NCBI GenBank assembly: GCA_964429655.1
Contig: CAYSCZ010000005.1
Span: 28,774 to 92,773, forward strand
Origin: an uncultured Roseivirgaceae bacterium
GTDB taxonomy: Bacteria; Bacteroidota; Bacteroidia; Cytophagales; Cyclobacteriaceae
Length of the DNA: 64,000 nucleotides
Reading direction: 5' to 3'
Below are positions 50,462-60,541 of the stretch, piece after piece. The first letter of the stretch is position 1, and each line of letters opens with the position of its first letter. The notes beneath the pieces are model-generated. The model was not told the origin of the DNA, did not search any database, and saw nothing but the letters and a program-made list of their open reading frames with translations. The position numbers and the translations under genes were made by a program.

Positions 50462-51488
50462 CCTCGAGATGAGGGAAAATATAGCTGAGATACTAGAACT
50501 GTCTAATTACGAGGTTTTTGAAGCAGCTGATGGTAAAGCGGGGGTTAAACTTGCAAAAAATAAGTTCCCGGATCTGATAATATGTGATATTATGATGCCG
50601 GAATTAGATGGTTATGAAGTGCTCTATATGTTAGGTAAGGACCCGAGAACGAATGCCATCCCCTTTATATTTCTTACTGCAAAAGCAGAAAAAAGTGATT
50701 TCAGAAAGGGAATGAACCTGGGAGCGGATGACTACCTGACAAAGCCTTTTGAGGAAATGGACCTGCTAAATACCGTAGAACAAAGATTAAAAAAAACACA
50801 AGCACTTAGGCAAGAATTTAAGCCTTCTGTGGATGGTTACTATAACTTTGTGGAACAAGCAAGCGCATTTGAAGAGCTACAGGAGCTTTCAAAAAATAGA
50901 AAGAGCAGAAACTACCGTAAAAAAGATATCATTTACCGGGAAGGCGATTTCCCTCATTACCTATATTTGATCCATTACGGTAAAGTGAAAACATTTAAAA
51001 TTAATACAGATGGTAAAGAGTATATCAATGAATTATGCAAGGAAGGTGATTTCACAGGATATACCGGAATACTTCAAAACACAGACTACACAGCCACAGC
51101 AGAAGCACTTGAAAATACAGAGGTATACTTAATCCCTCGTCATGATTTTTTGAACCTCTTATATCAAAACAAAGAAGTAGCCGGAAGATTCATAAAGATC
51201 CTTTCAAAAAATATTGCCGAAAAGGAAAGACAATTGCTAGATCTTGCTTACAACACCGTAAGAAAAAGAGTAGCAGACTCCTTACTGCTGCTTAAAAAGC
51301 GGTATCAAGAACAAAATAACACAGCTTTTACATTTCCTATTTCAAGAGATGACCTGGCAAGCATTGTAGGTACTGCCACAGAATCAGTCATCAGAACGCT
51401 TTCAGAATTCAAAAAAGACCAAATTATAAATATCGACGCTGATGGGATTACAATTCTAAAACCTGAAGAACTGGCAGCAATACGATAA
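50433..51488 (+). CDS. Response regulator with REC + cNMP-binding-like + Crp/Fnr HTH output.
   Basis: REC: ILVIEDN ... LIICDIMMPELDG ... LTKP. Effector domain: IIYREGDFPHYLYLIHYGKVK. C-terminal HTH: SRDDLASIVGTATESVIRTLSEF. The gene overlaps the kinase by 29 nt. Confidence 0.85.
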   Translation: MKKILVIEDNLEMRENIAEILELSNYEVFEAADGKAGVKLAKNKFPDLIICDIMMPELDGYEVLYMLGKDPRTNAIPFIFLTAKAEKSDFRKGMNLGADDYLTKPFEEMDLLNTVEQRLKKTQALRQEFKPSVDGYYNFVEQASAFEELQELSKNRKSRNYRKKDIIYREGDFPHYLYLIHYGKVKTFKINTDGKEYINELCKEGDFTGYTGILQNTDYTATAEALENTEVYLIPRHDFLNLLYQNKEVAGRFIKILSKNIAEKERQLLDLAYNTVRKRVADSLLLLKKRYQEQNNTAFTFPISRDDLASIVGTATESVIRTLSEFKKDQIINIDADGITILKPEELAAIR

Positions 51489-52547
51489 TCATTTTAACGC
51501 ATACCAACCTTTTATAGGATAGTGATCTGTGTAGTCAATGTTATTTAAGGTCTTAAACTTCTTAAGGTCCAGGCCTCTATAAAATTGATGATCAATTCTT
51601 AAAAATGGAATAACCCCATTATAAGTAAACCCAAACCCTAAGCCTTCATCCCTAAAAGAATTATGAAGATATCTGTTTAGTTGCAGATAAGTATAGCTTA
51701 AAGGTAAATCATTCATATCTCCGGCTAATAATATTGGGTAAGGACAGGATTGAATATGACTAATTAATTCCTTCAATTGTTTTGATCTGATGACAAAACT
51801 GCTTGATAGTTTATTTTGAATATTATCTATGTTGCCGTTTATAGATTCAAAATTTTTTATATCCCCAGATTCCAAATTTATAGATTGAAGATGCATGTTG
51901 TATACTCTGACTGTATCAGCATTTATTAATACATCAGCAAAAATGATGTCATTAATATTGCTTGATGGGGAAGTAAGCACTAGGCCTGTATTAAGAAAAG
52001 GATACTTACTAAATATAGCCAAACCAATACGAATGTTTTGATAAGCCTTGAATTTATGTTCAAAGTATTTATAATAATATCCTTCCTCTATAAGCTTTTT
52101 TTGAACGTTAAAAAGTGGAGATAAATTATCATTGTAGAATTCTTGAAAACATTTTATTGTGGATTCATCCTCTATAACCCAGTTTACTAGACTTTTTAGC
52201 TCAACTGAATCATGGTGATGATACCGTTCTGCCGAATTGAAAATTCTTGTATTATAACTTAATACCTCTATTAATCTCTTAGAATCCGCATTTTCATTGA
52301 AAAAATTATACCCAATAGTATGAGGTAAATACCAAAACCCAATGGCAACATGAAAAAAAGGAATAATCAAATTATGAATATTCTTATTATTTAATAACAG
52401 GAAAAGGAAAACAAATGCATTTAATAGAAAAATTATTGGTATTGCGTATCCTATGATTCCCATCAGTGGATAGGCTTCCGGAGGAATAAATAAAGAAAGA
52501 TATGAAGCAATCGAAATTGCAGAAAATATCAGAAGTATTTTTATCAA
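51489..52547 (-). CDS. Membrane-anchored endonuclease/exonuclease/phosphatase (EEP) family protein.
   Basis: Two N-terminal TM helices and EEP motifs (LLAGDMNDLP, DHQFY, YTDHYPI). Confidence 0.7.
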   Translation of the reverse strand: MIKILLIFSAISIASYLSLFIPPEAYPLMGIIGYAIPIIFLLNAFVFLFLLLNNKNIHNLIIPFFHVAIGFWYLPHTIGYNFFNENADSKRLIEVLSYNTRIFNSAERYHHHDSVELKSLVNWVIEDESTIKCFQEFYNDNLSPLFNVQKKLIEEGYYYKYFEHKFKAYQNIRIGLAIFSKYPFLNTGLVLTSPSSNINDIIFADVLINADTVRVYNMHLQSINLESGDIKNFESINGNIDNIQNKLSSSFVIRSKQLKELISHIQSCPYPILLAGDMNDLPLSYTYLQLNRYLHNSFRDEGLGFGFTYNGVIPFLRIDHQFYRGLDLKKFKTLNNIDYTDHYPIKGWYALK

Positions 52548-52569
52548 TAAACAATGATTAAGTTCTTAG

Positions 52570-53124
52570 CTATTCAAAAGGGCCAAAAAGAAGATTACCT
52601 TTAGATTTCACGTTATTACTTCTTAAAAACTCCCTTACGCCTTTTATTAATTCGGGCTTGCTAATATATTCATCATGGTTTCTGTCCAGTGCCAGAAACC
52701 CCTTTGCCGCATGCCGTACTTCTAGTCTAAAGGCCATGAATAAATCAAGGTATTCATCCAATGAAAGCAGGTCGTCGTTATTTGTGTCAAAGAAATCAAA
52801 TAAATCTCGGACAAGCTTATTTACATATTCATCGTACTCGGCCTCACTACAATTCACTATCCGGTTATCTGCATATTTCAACCATTCATCTGTGGTAGCC
52901 ATTTCATCATTATTTTCATCAACAAACATTTGAATGTCGTGCCATATTCTAAGCGTTGAATTCATTATGCGTTGGTGTTCAGGATCAGTGGGTTTGACAT
53001 GCCATAATATGATCAGGTTTTCTGCAATAGCATGGAAATCATCGATTTCTATATAACCATTTCTATCAAAGTCTAAAACTTTAAAGTAGTGAAGTAATTT
53101 TTTTCTTTGTAAATCCGTGAGCAT
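52570..53124 (-). CDS. Calmodulin-like protein with four EF-hand calcium-binding loops.
   Basis: Canonical 12-residue loops: DFDRNGYIEIDD, DENNDEMATTDE, DTNNDDLLSLDE, DRNHDEYISKPE. Confidence 0.75.
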   Translation of the reverse strand: MLTDLQRKKLLHYFKVLDFDRNGYIEIDDFHAIAENLIILWHVKPTDPEHQRIMNSTLRIWHDIQMFVDENNDEMATTDEWLKYADNRIVNCSEAEYDEYVNKLVRDLFDFFDTNNDDLLSLDEYLDLFMAFRLEVRHAAKGFLALDRNHDEYISKPELIKGVREFLRSNNVKSKGNLLFGPFE

Positions 53125-53222
53125 CTAATAGAGATAATTTATTTATTCAAATTAATATTTAAATCGTTAAGAAAGGTCTATAAATCTTTATAAATTTTTC
53201 ATCGATTTGCAATTAAAAGCAA

Positions 53223-53702
53223 TTGGATACACTATTTTTGATTTTAGGCATAGTTTTAATGCTGTCCGGTATAATTGGTTGTTTTTTACCTGTGATACCC
53301 GGGCCGCCATTAAATTACCTGTCAATCATTGTGCTCCATTTTACAGAATACCATGATTTTTCACAAAAGTTTCTTATACTCTGGGGTGCGATAGCACTTC
53401 TTGTTACTATTTTAGATTATTTTATTCCTCCAATTATCACAAAAAAATATGGTGGCAGTAAGTATGGCGTAAGAGGCAGCATAATTGGTATTTTTATTGG
53501 CATATTTTTATTTCCACCGCTTGGTATCATAATTGGCCCTATCATAGGTGCTTTTGTAGGAGAGGTAATGTATAATCAAAGCAGAAACAAATCTTTCACA
53601 TCTGCCTTTGGTTCATTTCTGGGTATTCTGGTAGGTAGTTTAATTAAATTATTAGTTTCGGTATTTCTTTCTTATCATTTTATTAAAAACATAATAGCCT
53701 AA
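53223..53702 (+). CDS. DUF456-family small membrane protein.
   Basis: GIIGCFLPVIPGPPL N-terminal motif; four TM helices. Confidence 0.5.
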   Translation: MDTLFLILGIVLMLSGIIGCFLPVIPGPPLNYLSIIVLHFTEYHDFSQKFLILWGAIALLVTILDYFIPPIITKKYGGSKYGVRGSIIGIFIGIFLFPPLGIIIGPIIGAFVGEVMYNQSRNKSFTSAFGSFLGILVGSLIKLLVSVFLSYHFIKNIIA

Positions 53703-53705
53703 GCA

Positions 53706-53951
53706 TTGAAACAATTTTTAATATTTTTAGTCAGGTTTTACCAGCTTTCGGTATCTCCTTTATTCCCCTCAAGCTGCAGGTTTTCGCCTACTTGTTCACA
53801 ATATATGATTGATGCTATTAAAGAATGGGGGATAATTAAAGGATTATACCTGGGGATTAAACGAATTACTAAATGTCATCCCTGGGGGCCTTGGGGTTAC
53901 GATCCGGTTCCTAAAAAAACTGTTAAAAAGAAGTTATCACAGTCTAAATAA
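53706..53951 (+). CDS. yidD: Membrane protein insertion efficiency factor YidD.
   Basis: [11 protein letters not shown] ... [13 protein letters not shown]. Confidence 0.9.
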   Translation: MKQFLIFLVRFYQLSVSPLFPSSCRFSPTCSQYMIDAIKEWGIIKGLYLGIKRITKCHPWGPWGYDPVPKKTVKKKLSQSK

Positions 53952-54021
53952 TCCGACTAACTTATTGCATTGGTATTTACTAAATATCTTTCGTAATTTG
54001 TGATGTCGTACTAAACAGGGT

Positions 54022-56823
54022 ATGTTAAGGTTTTTATCATTTTTATGTTTCCTTTTTTCGTATTTGTCAATCCTAGGGCAGATAAATCAAACCCTCAATA
54101 GAGAGAAAGATAGTCTCGCCAGAATAGCACTTTTTTCTTCTGACACGGCAGCCATTAAATATTACAATGATATAGGCCGGAAATTCATGAATTTATCACC
54201 AGATACATCTATTAAGTATCTCAATAAGGCCCTGGAAAAAGCAAAATACATCGAAACAACCTCGGACCAAATAAGAACCCTAAATTATATTGGGATAGCC
54301 TACAGAAATAAGAGCGAATTTACCAGGGCATTCAACTATTACATGCAAGCATTAAGAATATCTGAAAGCAGTAAGGATACAGTGCAACTAGGGTATTCAT
54401 TGATCAACCTTGGCAATATTTTTTTGTACCAAACAAATTATAACGGCGCTTTGGACTTCTTCAAAAGGGCCATGCTTACCGCAGAATTATTAAATGATAA
54501 AAGGTTAATTGCAAATTGCTACGCCAACCTTGGAAGATCCTACAGTAACCTTGGATCTTACAGACTGGCTGAAGACTATTATGTGCGGGCAATTGAAATC
54601 AGAAATGAATTGGGGGATGAACAGGGCGTAACAGCTACAGACGTAGACCTGGCAGAGCTATACAGGCTTCAGGGTCAACTAAAAAAATCCCTTGAATACT
54701 ACCTGATGGTCCTGCCTGGTATTCAGGCATCAGATAATATGGGCGCCCTAACTTACAGTCTTAATAATATCTCTATGATATATAAAGAGATGGATGACCT
54801 GGTAAAAGCAGAGCAATATGCGCTCCGGGGTTTAAGAATTGCTAAAGAGATGGGATCAAAAAATGACATCCGAAAAGCCACTGAAAACCTGTCCGACATT
54901 TTTTATACAAATAAAGACTACAAAAAAGCGTATGAGTATCATGTTCAATACTCAGCATTAAAAGATTCGCTATTCAGTGAAGAAAACATAAGAACCATAG
55001 AAGAAATAAAAACCCAGTATGAAAGGGAGCAACAGGAAGCTCAAAATGACTTTTTAATAAAACAAGATTCCTTAAATAAAGCCATAATCAAGCGACAGCA
55101 AACCATCATTATCTTAGTTATCGTCGGATCGGTACTAATTCTTATAGCTGCAGTAATACTTTTAAGGGCTTACCGGGTCGTAAAAACGCTTAGTAACAAG
55201 ATCAAAAAACAAAAGGATGAAATAGAAAAAGACAAAGATACGATCGAAAAACAATCCAGAAGGCTGGAGGAATTAGATATGGCCAAATCGCGATTCTTTG
55301 CTAACATCTCCCACGACCTTAGAAGCCCACTTACACTCATTCTGGGAAATATAGAAAGGATTGTCTGTGATGATGATAATTACTTCACCATGTCATCACG
55401 AGAGAATTTGGATATTGTTTATAAAAATAGCAAGAGACTACTTTATCTGACCGATGAAATCAATGAACTGACGAAACTTGAAGAGGGCAAATTGAACCTC
55501 AATTTAAAAAATGTTAAACTCCTGCCCTATTTAAAAACATTAGTGAAAATGTTTCAATCATCAGCAGAAAGTAAAAGAATTGACCTGTCACTACATGCCT
55601 CTATTGATGATAATACCATACTAAAAATTGATCCTGATCAAATTGATAAAGTAGTATTTAATCTAATATCCAACGCATTAAAATATACCAGGGAAAACGA
55701 CAGGATTAACGTTAATCTGTATGATAAAAAAGATACCGTCTGCATAGCCATAACAGACTCAGGTTCTGGTATACCATTTAAAAACCTCCCTTATATTTTT
55801 GACAGATATTATCAATCAGAAAATGATCTAAGGCAGGTGCATAAAGGATTAGGAATCGGGCTTGCCTTAGTGAAAGAGATTGTTCAACTGCACCATGGCA
55901 AAATATTTGCAGAAAGTGAAGAAGGAAAAGGAACAACATTTTATGTGGAGTTTCCGAAAGAAACGAATCAAGTAGAAGAAGCAATCATACCAACCTCCTC
56001 TGATTACATTAAAGAGAAGTCTTCTGCCTGGGCAGGATTAGAAATCGCAACAAAATCAAAACCCAGCATAAAGGCACTAAATAAAGCTGATTGTTCAACA
56101 AAAATTTTATTGGTCGAGGATCACCCGGAAGTTAGAAATTATATCAGACAAATTATCGAAGATCATTACATCATTTTAGAGGCGGAGCATGGAGTGGAAG
56201 CGTTAAAAATCCTAAATAGAGAAACGGTTGACCTAATCATAACAGACCTTATGATGCCATGGATGGATGGATTTGAATTACTGGAAAAGGTACAACAGGA
56301 TGATAAATTAAAACATATACCCATCCTTGTGGTGTCAGCAAGAACCTCGCAAAAAGATCGTGAAAACATTTTATTTCGGGGAATCAATGATTTCCTTCAA
56401 AAACCTTTCGATCAAAAAGAGTTCTTGTTGAGAATAAGAAACTTACTCAACAAAGAAACTTACAGGGATAACCTAATAATATCTAATACTGAGAAATTTG
56501 ATGACCTCGAAAGCGATCTTATTAAAAAAGTTGAGCATATGGTTCTGGAAAAAATCAATGACTCAGCCCTTGGTGTCATGCACCTGGCCGATGCAATGGC
56601 TGCCAGTGAACGTCAGGTTTACAGAATGATCAAAAAATTAACCGGAATGACCCCATCGGAGTACATTAAAGAAATTCGCTGGCAATATGTGGATCAATTA
56701 ATTAAAAGTAAAAAGGTAAAAAACCCTTCCGAAGCTGCGCGATCTATAGGCATGAAAAATGTGACCCGGTTCAAGCAACAATATGAAAAAAGGTTCGGGA
56801 AAAAACCGGCTGAACCAGTATAA
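54022..56823 (+). CDS. Hybrid two-component protein: periplasmic TPR sensor - TM - histidine kinase - receiver - AraC HTH.
   Basis: Signal peptide, TPR repeats, TM (IIILVIVGSVLILIAAVILL), H-box FFANISHDLRSPL, HATPase, REC (ILLVEDH ... IITDLMMPWMDG ... LQKPF), and an AraC C-terminus. Confidence 0.85.
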   Translation: MLRFLSFLCFLFSYLSILGQINQTLNREKDSLARIALFSSDTAAIKYYNDIGRKFMNLSPDTSIKYLNKALEKAKYIETTSDQIRTLNYIGIAYRNKSEFTRAFNYYMQALRISESSKDTVQLGYSLINLGNIFLYQTNYNGALDFFKRAMLTAELLNDKRLIANCYANLGRSYSNLGSYRLAEDYYVRAIEIRNELGDEQGVTATDVDLAELYRLQGQLKKSLEYYLMVLPGIQASDNMGALTYSLNNISMIYKEMDDLVKAEQYALRGLRIAKEMGSKNDIRKATENLSDIFYTNKDYKKAYEYHVQYSALKDSLFSEENIRTIEEIKTQYEREQQEAQNDFLIKQDSLNKAIIKRQQTIIILVIVGSVLILIAAVILLRAYRVVKTLSNKIKKQKDEIEKDKDTIEKQSRRLEELDMAKSRFFANISHDLRSPLTLILGNIERIVCDDDNYFTMSSRENLDIVYKNSKRLLYLTDEINELTKLEEGKLNLNLKNVKLLPYLKTLVKMFQSSAESKRIDLSLHASIDDNTILKIDPDQIDKVVFNLISNALKYTRENDRINVNLYDKKDTVCIAITDSGSGIPFKNLPYIFDRYYQSENDLRQVHKGLGIGLALVKEIVQLHHGKIFAESEEGKGTTFYVEFPKETNQVEEAIIPTSSDYIKEKSSAWAGLEIATKSKPSIKALNKADCSTKILLVEDHPEVRNYIRQIIEDHYIILEAEHGVEALKILNRETVDLIITDLMMPWMDGFELLEKVQQDDKLKHIPILVVSARTSQKDRENILFRGINDFLQKPFDQKEFLLRIRNLLNKETYRDNLIISNTEKFDDLESDLIKKVEHMVLEKINDSALGVMHLADAMAASERQVYRMIKKLTGMTPSEYIKEIRWQYVDQLIKSKKVKNPSEAARSIGMKNVTRFKQQYEKRFGKKPAEPV

Positions 56824-56826
56824 AAT

Positions 56827-57264
56827 ATGACAGCTTATATCATTGTGAAGTATATACACTTCCTGTCTATATTTGGAATGATTTCCTCGTTAGTAGCCGA
56901 GCTTGTATTGGCTAAAAAATCCTTTAAAAGACATGAAATCAGGCGGTTATTCATCATTGATGGTTTATATGGTGGATTATCAGTCTTGGTGGTAGCAGCA
57001 GGGTTGATTTTGTGGTTTGGCGTTGGAAAACCTGCCCCCCACTATGACAATCTTTTGTTTTACATAAAAATAACTATCGCTCTATTAGTGGGTCTTATCT
57101 CCTTATTCCCAACCACCTTTCTCTTTAAAAACCGAAAAGGGGACCTTAACGACGAAATCAAAGCACCGGTATATTTTAAAAAATTAATCATACTGGAACT
57201 AAGCTTGCTGGCATTAATACCACCACTGGCCTCCATGGCCGCCTATGGCATTCATTGGAGGTAA
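56827..57264 (+). CDS. Small membrane protein of unknown function.
   Basis: 145 aa, four predicted TM helices, 3-nt gap after the hybrid sensor gene. Confidence 0.4.
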   Translation: MTAYIIVKYIHFLSIFGMISSLVAELVLAKKSFKRHEIRRLFIIDGLYGGLSVLVVAAGLILWFGVGKPAPHYDNLLFYIKITIALLVGLISLFPTTFLFKNRKGDLNDEIKAPVYFKKLIILELSLLALIPPLASMAAYGIHWR

Positions 57265-57343
57265 TAACTAAAATAATATTTGCTTTCTAAGCCTGTTCAC
57301 TCTACGATTAATTTAAATTAGCAACGTAATAATTAGGTTATCA

Positions 57344-58183
57344 ATGGATTTTCAGAAATTGGCAGATATTTCATCCCAGGTAAGAAGAGATATTGTACGC
57401 ATGGTCTATAGAGCTAAGTCAGGCCATCCAGGTGGATCATTAGGGTGTACCGACTTTTTGGTTTCTATGTATTTTAATATCCTAAATCATCAGAGCAGCT
57501 TCAACAAATCCGGAGATGGAGAAGATCTTTTATTCATCTCTAATGGCCATATATCTCCAGTTTGGTATAGCGTTTTAGCAAGAAGCGGATATTTTGACGT
57601 ACAAGAATTATCAACATTCAGAAAGATTAATTCAAGATTACAAGGCCATCCCGCAACAGAGGAAGGATTACCGGGAATAAGGGTTGCCTCCGGGTCCCTT
57701 GGCCAGGGTTTATCAATAGCTATCGGAGCAGCAGAAGCAAAAAAGCTGGATCATGACCCAAACCGGGTTTTTGTATTATTGGGCGATGGTGAATTGCAAG
57801 AAGGGCAAGTTTGGGAGGCGGCCATGTATGGAGGTAATCACAAGCTTGACAACCTGATTGCAATTATTGATTACAATGGGCAACAAATAGATGGCCCTAC
57901 AAAAGAAATCAATGATTTGGGAGACATAAAATCAAAATGGCTAGCCTTTGGTTGGGAAGTGCTTGAAATGGATGGTAATGATTTTGAATCAATCCATGAG
58001 AATGTAGATAAGGCTAAACAGCAGTTAGGTAGTGGTAAGCCAAAAATGATAATAATGCGCACAATCATGGGTAATGGTGTGGATTTTATGGAAGGGTCAT
58101 ATAAATGGCATGGAGTAGCACCAAATGATGAACAATATGAAAAGGCTATGATTCAATTAAAAGAAACCCTTGGTGACTATTAA
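57344..58183 (+). CDS. Transketolase, N-terminal (TPP-binding) subunit.
   Basis: SGHPGGSLG ... GDGELQEG ... HKLDNLIAIIDYN. Confidence 0.9.
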   Translation: MDFQKLADISSQVRRDIVRMVYRAKSGHPGGSLGCTDFLVSMYFNILNHQSSFNKSGDGEDLLFISNGHISPVWYSVLARSGYFDVQELSTFRKINSRLQGHPATEEGLPGIRVASGSLGQGLSIAIGAAEAKKLDHDPNRVFVLLGDGELQEGQVWEAAMYGGNHKLDNLIAIIDYNGQQIDGPTKEINDLGDIKSKWLAFGWEVLEMDGNDFESIHENVDKAKQQLGSGKPKMIIMRTIMGNGVDFMEGSYKWHGVAPNDEQYEKAMIQLKETLGDY

Positions 58184-58187
58184 TTAA

Positions 58188-59579
58188 GTGTTTAAACATT
58201 TGCATTTACTATCGATTTTTTTTCTGTTTTCAGGGTTCTCTGTAAGCGTAACCGCTCAATCCTATCAGCAAAAACCACCCGACAAAACCAGAATACTTTT
58301 TTTGCTTGATGGCTCAGGCAGCATGCTCGGAAAGATCAGCCCCACACAACTGAAAATAGATGCAGCAAAGCAGATTATGTATGAGCTCATGGACTCCCTC
58401 AAAACATATGATCAACTGCAGGTGGCATTAAGAATTTACGGTCATCAATATGATAAACGTTATCAAAACTGCACCGACACAAAATTAGAAGTCCCTTTTG
58501 GCGTCAATAATTACGAGCAAATAAAATATGCGCTGGCCAATGTACAACCCCAAGGAACCACTCCTTTAGCCTATTCATTAAACCAGGCAGCGAATGATTT
58601 CCCTGAAGATCCCTCCTACCGAAACGTTATTATTATAATCACAGATGGTATTGAATCCTGTGATGGCGACCCTTGCGAAGTATCTCTAAACCTTCAGAGA
58701 GCCGGAGTGGCACTAAAACCTTTTGTGGTTGGGTTGGGGTTGGGAGTAAAGTATAAGCAAGAGTTTTCTTGTTTGGGTGAATTCATAGCTGCGGAAAATC
58801 CTTCCAGTTTGAGAGAAACTTTATTTGATGTGGTGGAGACCACCTTAGCTGAAACTACATTTTCCATAGAGTTATTCAATCCAAAAAAAGATCCTATAAA
58901 GGATATGGCAGTGACAATTGACAATGCCGTTACCAAATCAAGCGTGATTGATATCATTAATTATCTTGATGACCAGGGCCGTCCGGATAGCTTATTGATA
59001 GATCCGATTTTGAATTACGAAATGACTGTTTTTTCAGTTCCCCCCATAACTTATGAAATGGACATCCAACCTGGCAGGCATAATGCCATAAAAAAAACTT
59101 TAAACATTGGGAAGGTGGTAATAAATATGCGGGGAGCATCCGAATATGGTGGCAATCTATTTGTTGATGTTTATGATGCCAGAGCCAGGGTATATGTTGA
59201 TCGGTTCCTGTTGAATGAAGAAATTATCCTCAGAAAAGGAATATATGATATCCATGTAAATACATTGCCCCACAGCACATTCAGTAATATTAAAGTATCC
59301 TCCCAATCAAATGCGAACCTAAATATTGATGGCCCGGGTGTTTTGAATGTTTATTTACCCAGAGGCGGCACCACGGTAATTATCCAGGAAAAAATATCTG
59401 AAAAGGATGTACTGATTAAAAATATTGACCCTCAAAAAAAAATATTCTCACATGCCATCCAGCCGGGGAATTACAAAGTTTTATATCGCTCTGAAAATGC
59501 TCCCGGCAGCAAGTTTACGATTGTGAAAAAATTTGAAATATCATCTGGTAAAACCCAAACCATAAGACTTAATCAATGA
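58188..59579 (+). CDS. Secreted von Willebrand factor type A (VWA) domain protein.
   Basis: Signal peptide and a MIDAS-like LLDGSGSM ... TDGIESCDGD motif. Confidence 0.75.
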   Translation: MFKHLHLLSIFFLFSGFSVSVTAQSYQQKPPDKTRILFLLDGSGSMLGKISPTQLKIDAAKQIMYELMDSLKTYDQLQVALRIYGHQYDKRYQNCTDTKLEVPFGVNNYEQIKYALANVQPQGTTPLAYSLNQAANDFPEDPSYRNVIIIITDGIESCDGDPCEVSLNLQRAGVALKPFVVGLGLGVKYKQEFSCLGEFIAAENPSSLRETLFDVVETTLAETTFSIELFNPKKDPIKDMAVTIDNAVTKSSVIDIINYLDDQGRPDSLLIDPILNYEMTVFSVPPITYEMDIQPGRHNAIKKTLNIGKVVINMRGASEYGGNLFVDVYDARARVYVDRFLLNEEIILRKGIYDIHVNTLPHSTFSNIKVSSQSNANLNIDGPGVLNVYLPRGGTTVIIQEKISEKDVLIKNIDPQKKIFSHAIQPGNYKVLYRSENAPGSKFTIVKKFEISSGKTQTIRLNQ

Positions 59580-60541
59580 CAAAATTCAACTTTACTGAAA
59601 AAAAGGATACTAGATCAGGATTCGGGGCCGCGCTGACCAAATTAGGAAAAGAAAACCCTGACATCGTTGCACTTTGCGCTGACCTCACAGGATCATTAAA
59701 AATGACTGATTTTAAAAATAATTTTCCTGATAGGTTTTTCCAGGTAGGCATAGCCGAAGCAAACATGATGGGTATAGCAGCAGGCATGGCTGTTGCTGGT
59801 AAAATACCTTTTACCGGCACTTTTGCCAACTTCTCCACCGGAAGGGTTTATGATCAGATTCGTCAGTCTATTGCATATTCCAATGTTAATGTCAAAATAT
59901 GTGCTTCGCATGCAGGGTTGACCCTGGGTGAAGATGGTGCTACGCACCAAATTCTGGAAGATGTGGGAATGATGAAAATGCTTCCTAACATGACGGTGAT
60001 CAATCCCTGTGATTATAATCAGACCAAAGCCGCTACACACGCTATATCAAAACTTTATGGGCCTGTTTATTTAAGGTTCGGAAGACCTAAGTGGCCAGTT
60101 TTTATTCCAGAAGACATACCTTTTGAAATAGGCAAGGCAATCACTTTAACGGAAGGAACCGATATCTCAATTTTTACTACCGGCCACATGGTATGGAAAG
60201 CCATCGAAGCGGAAGAGATATTATCCCACAAAGGCCTTGAAGTGGAAATCATTAACATCCATACCGTAAAACCAATAGATGAAGTAGCTATTTTAAATTC
60301 TGTCAGAAAAACAGGTTGTGCATTATCTGCTGAAGAGCATCAAATCAGTGGTGGACTGGGTGAAAGCATAGCATCTATCCTATCCAGAAACCTTCCATCC
60401 CCCATGGAAATAGTTGGAGTAAATGACCGGTTTGGGGAAAGTGGCAAACCAGAAGAACTACTGGATAAATATGGCCTGGGTGTTAATGATATTGTTGAAG
60501 CAGCACTCAAACTTGCACAGAGGAAATCCCACAAAAACTGA
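59576..60541 (+). CDS. Transketolase, C-terminal (pyrimidine-binding + C-terminal domain) subunit.
   Basis: GIAEANMMGIAAGMA ... HAGLTLGEDGATHQ ... YLRFGR. Confidence 0.9.
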   Translation: MTKFNFTEKKDTRSGFGAALTKLGKENPDIVALCADLTGSLKMTDFKNNFPDRFFQVGIAEANMMGIAAGMAVAGKIPFTGTFANFSTGRVYDQIRQSIAYSNVNVKICASHAGLTLGEDGATHQILEDVGMMKMLPNMTVINPCDYNQTKAATHAISKLYGPVYLRFGRPKWPVFIPEDIPFEIGKAITLTEGTDISIFTTGHMVWKAIEAEEILSHKGLEVEIINIHTVKPIDEVAILNSVRKTGCALSAEEHQISGGLGESIASILSRNLPSPMEIVGVNDRFGESGKPEELLDKYGLGVNDIVEAALKLAQRKSHKN

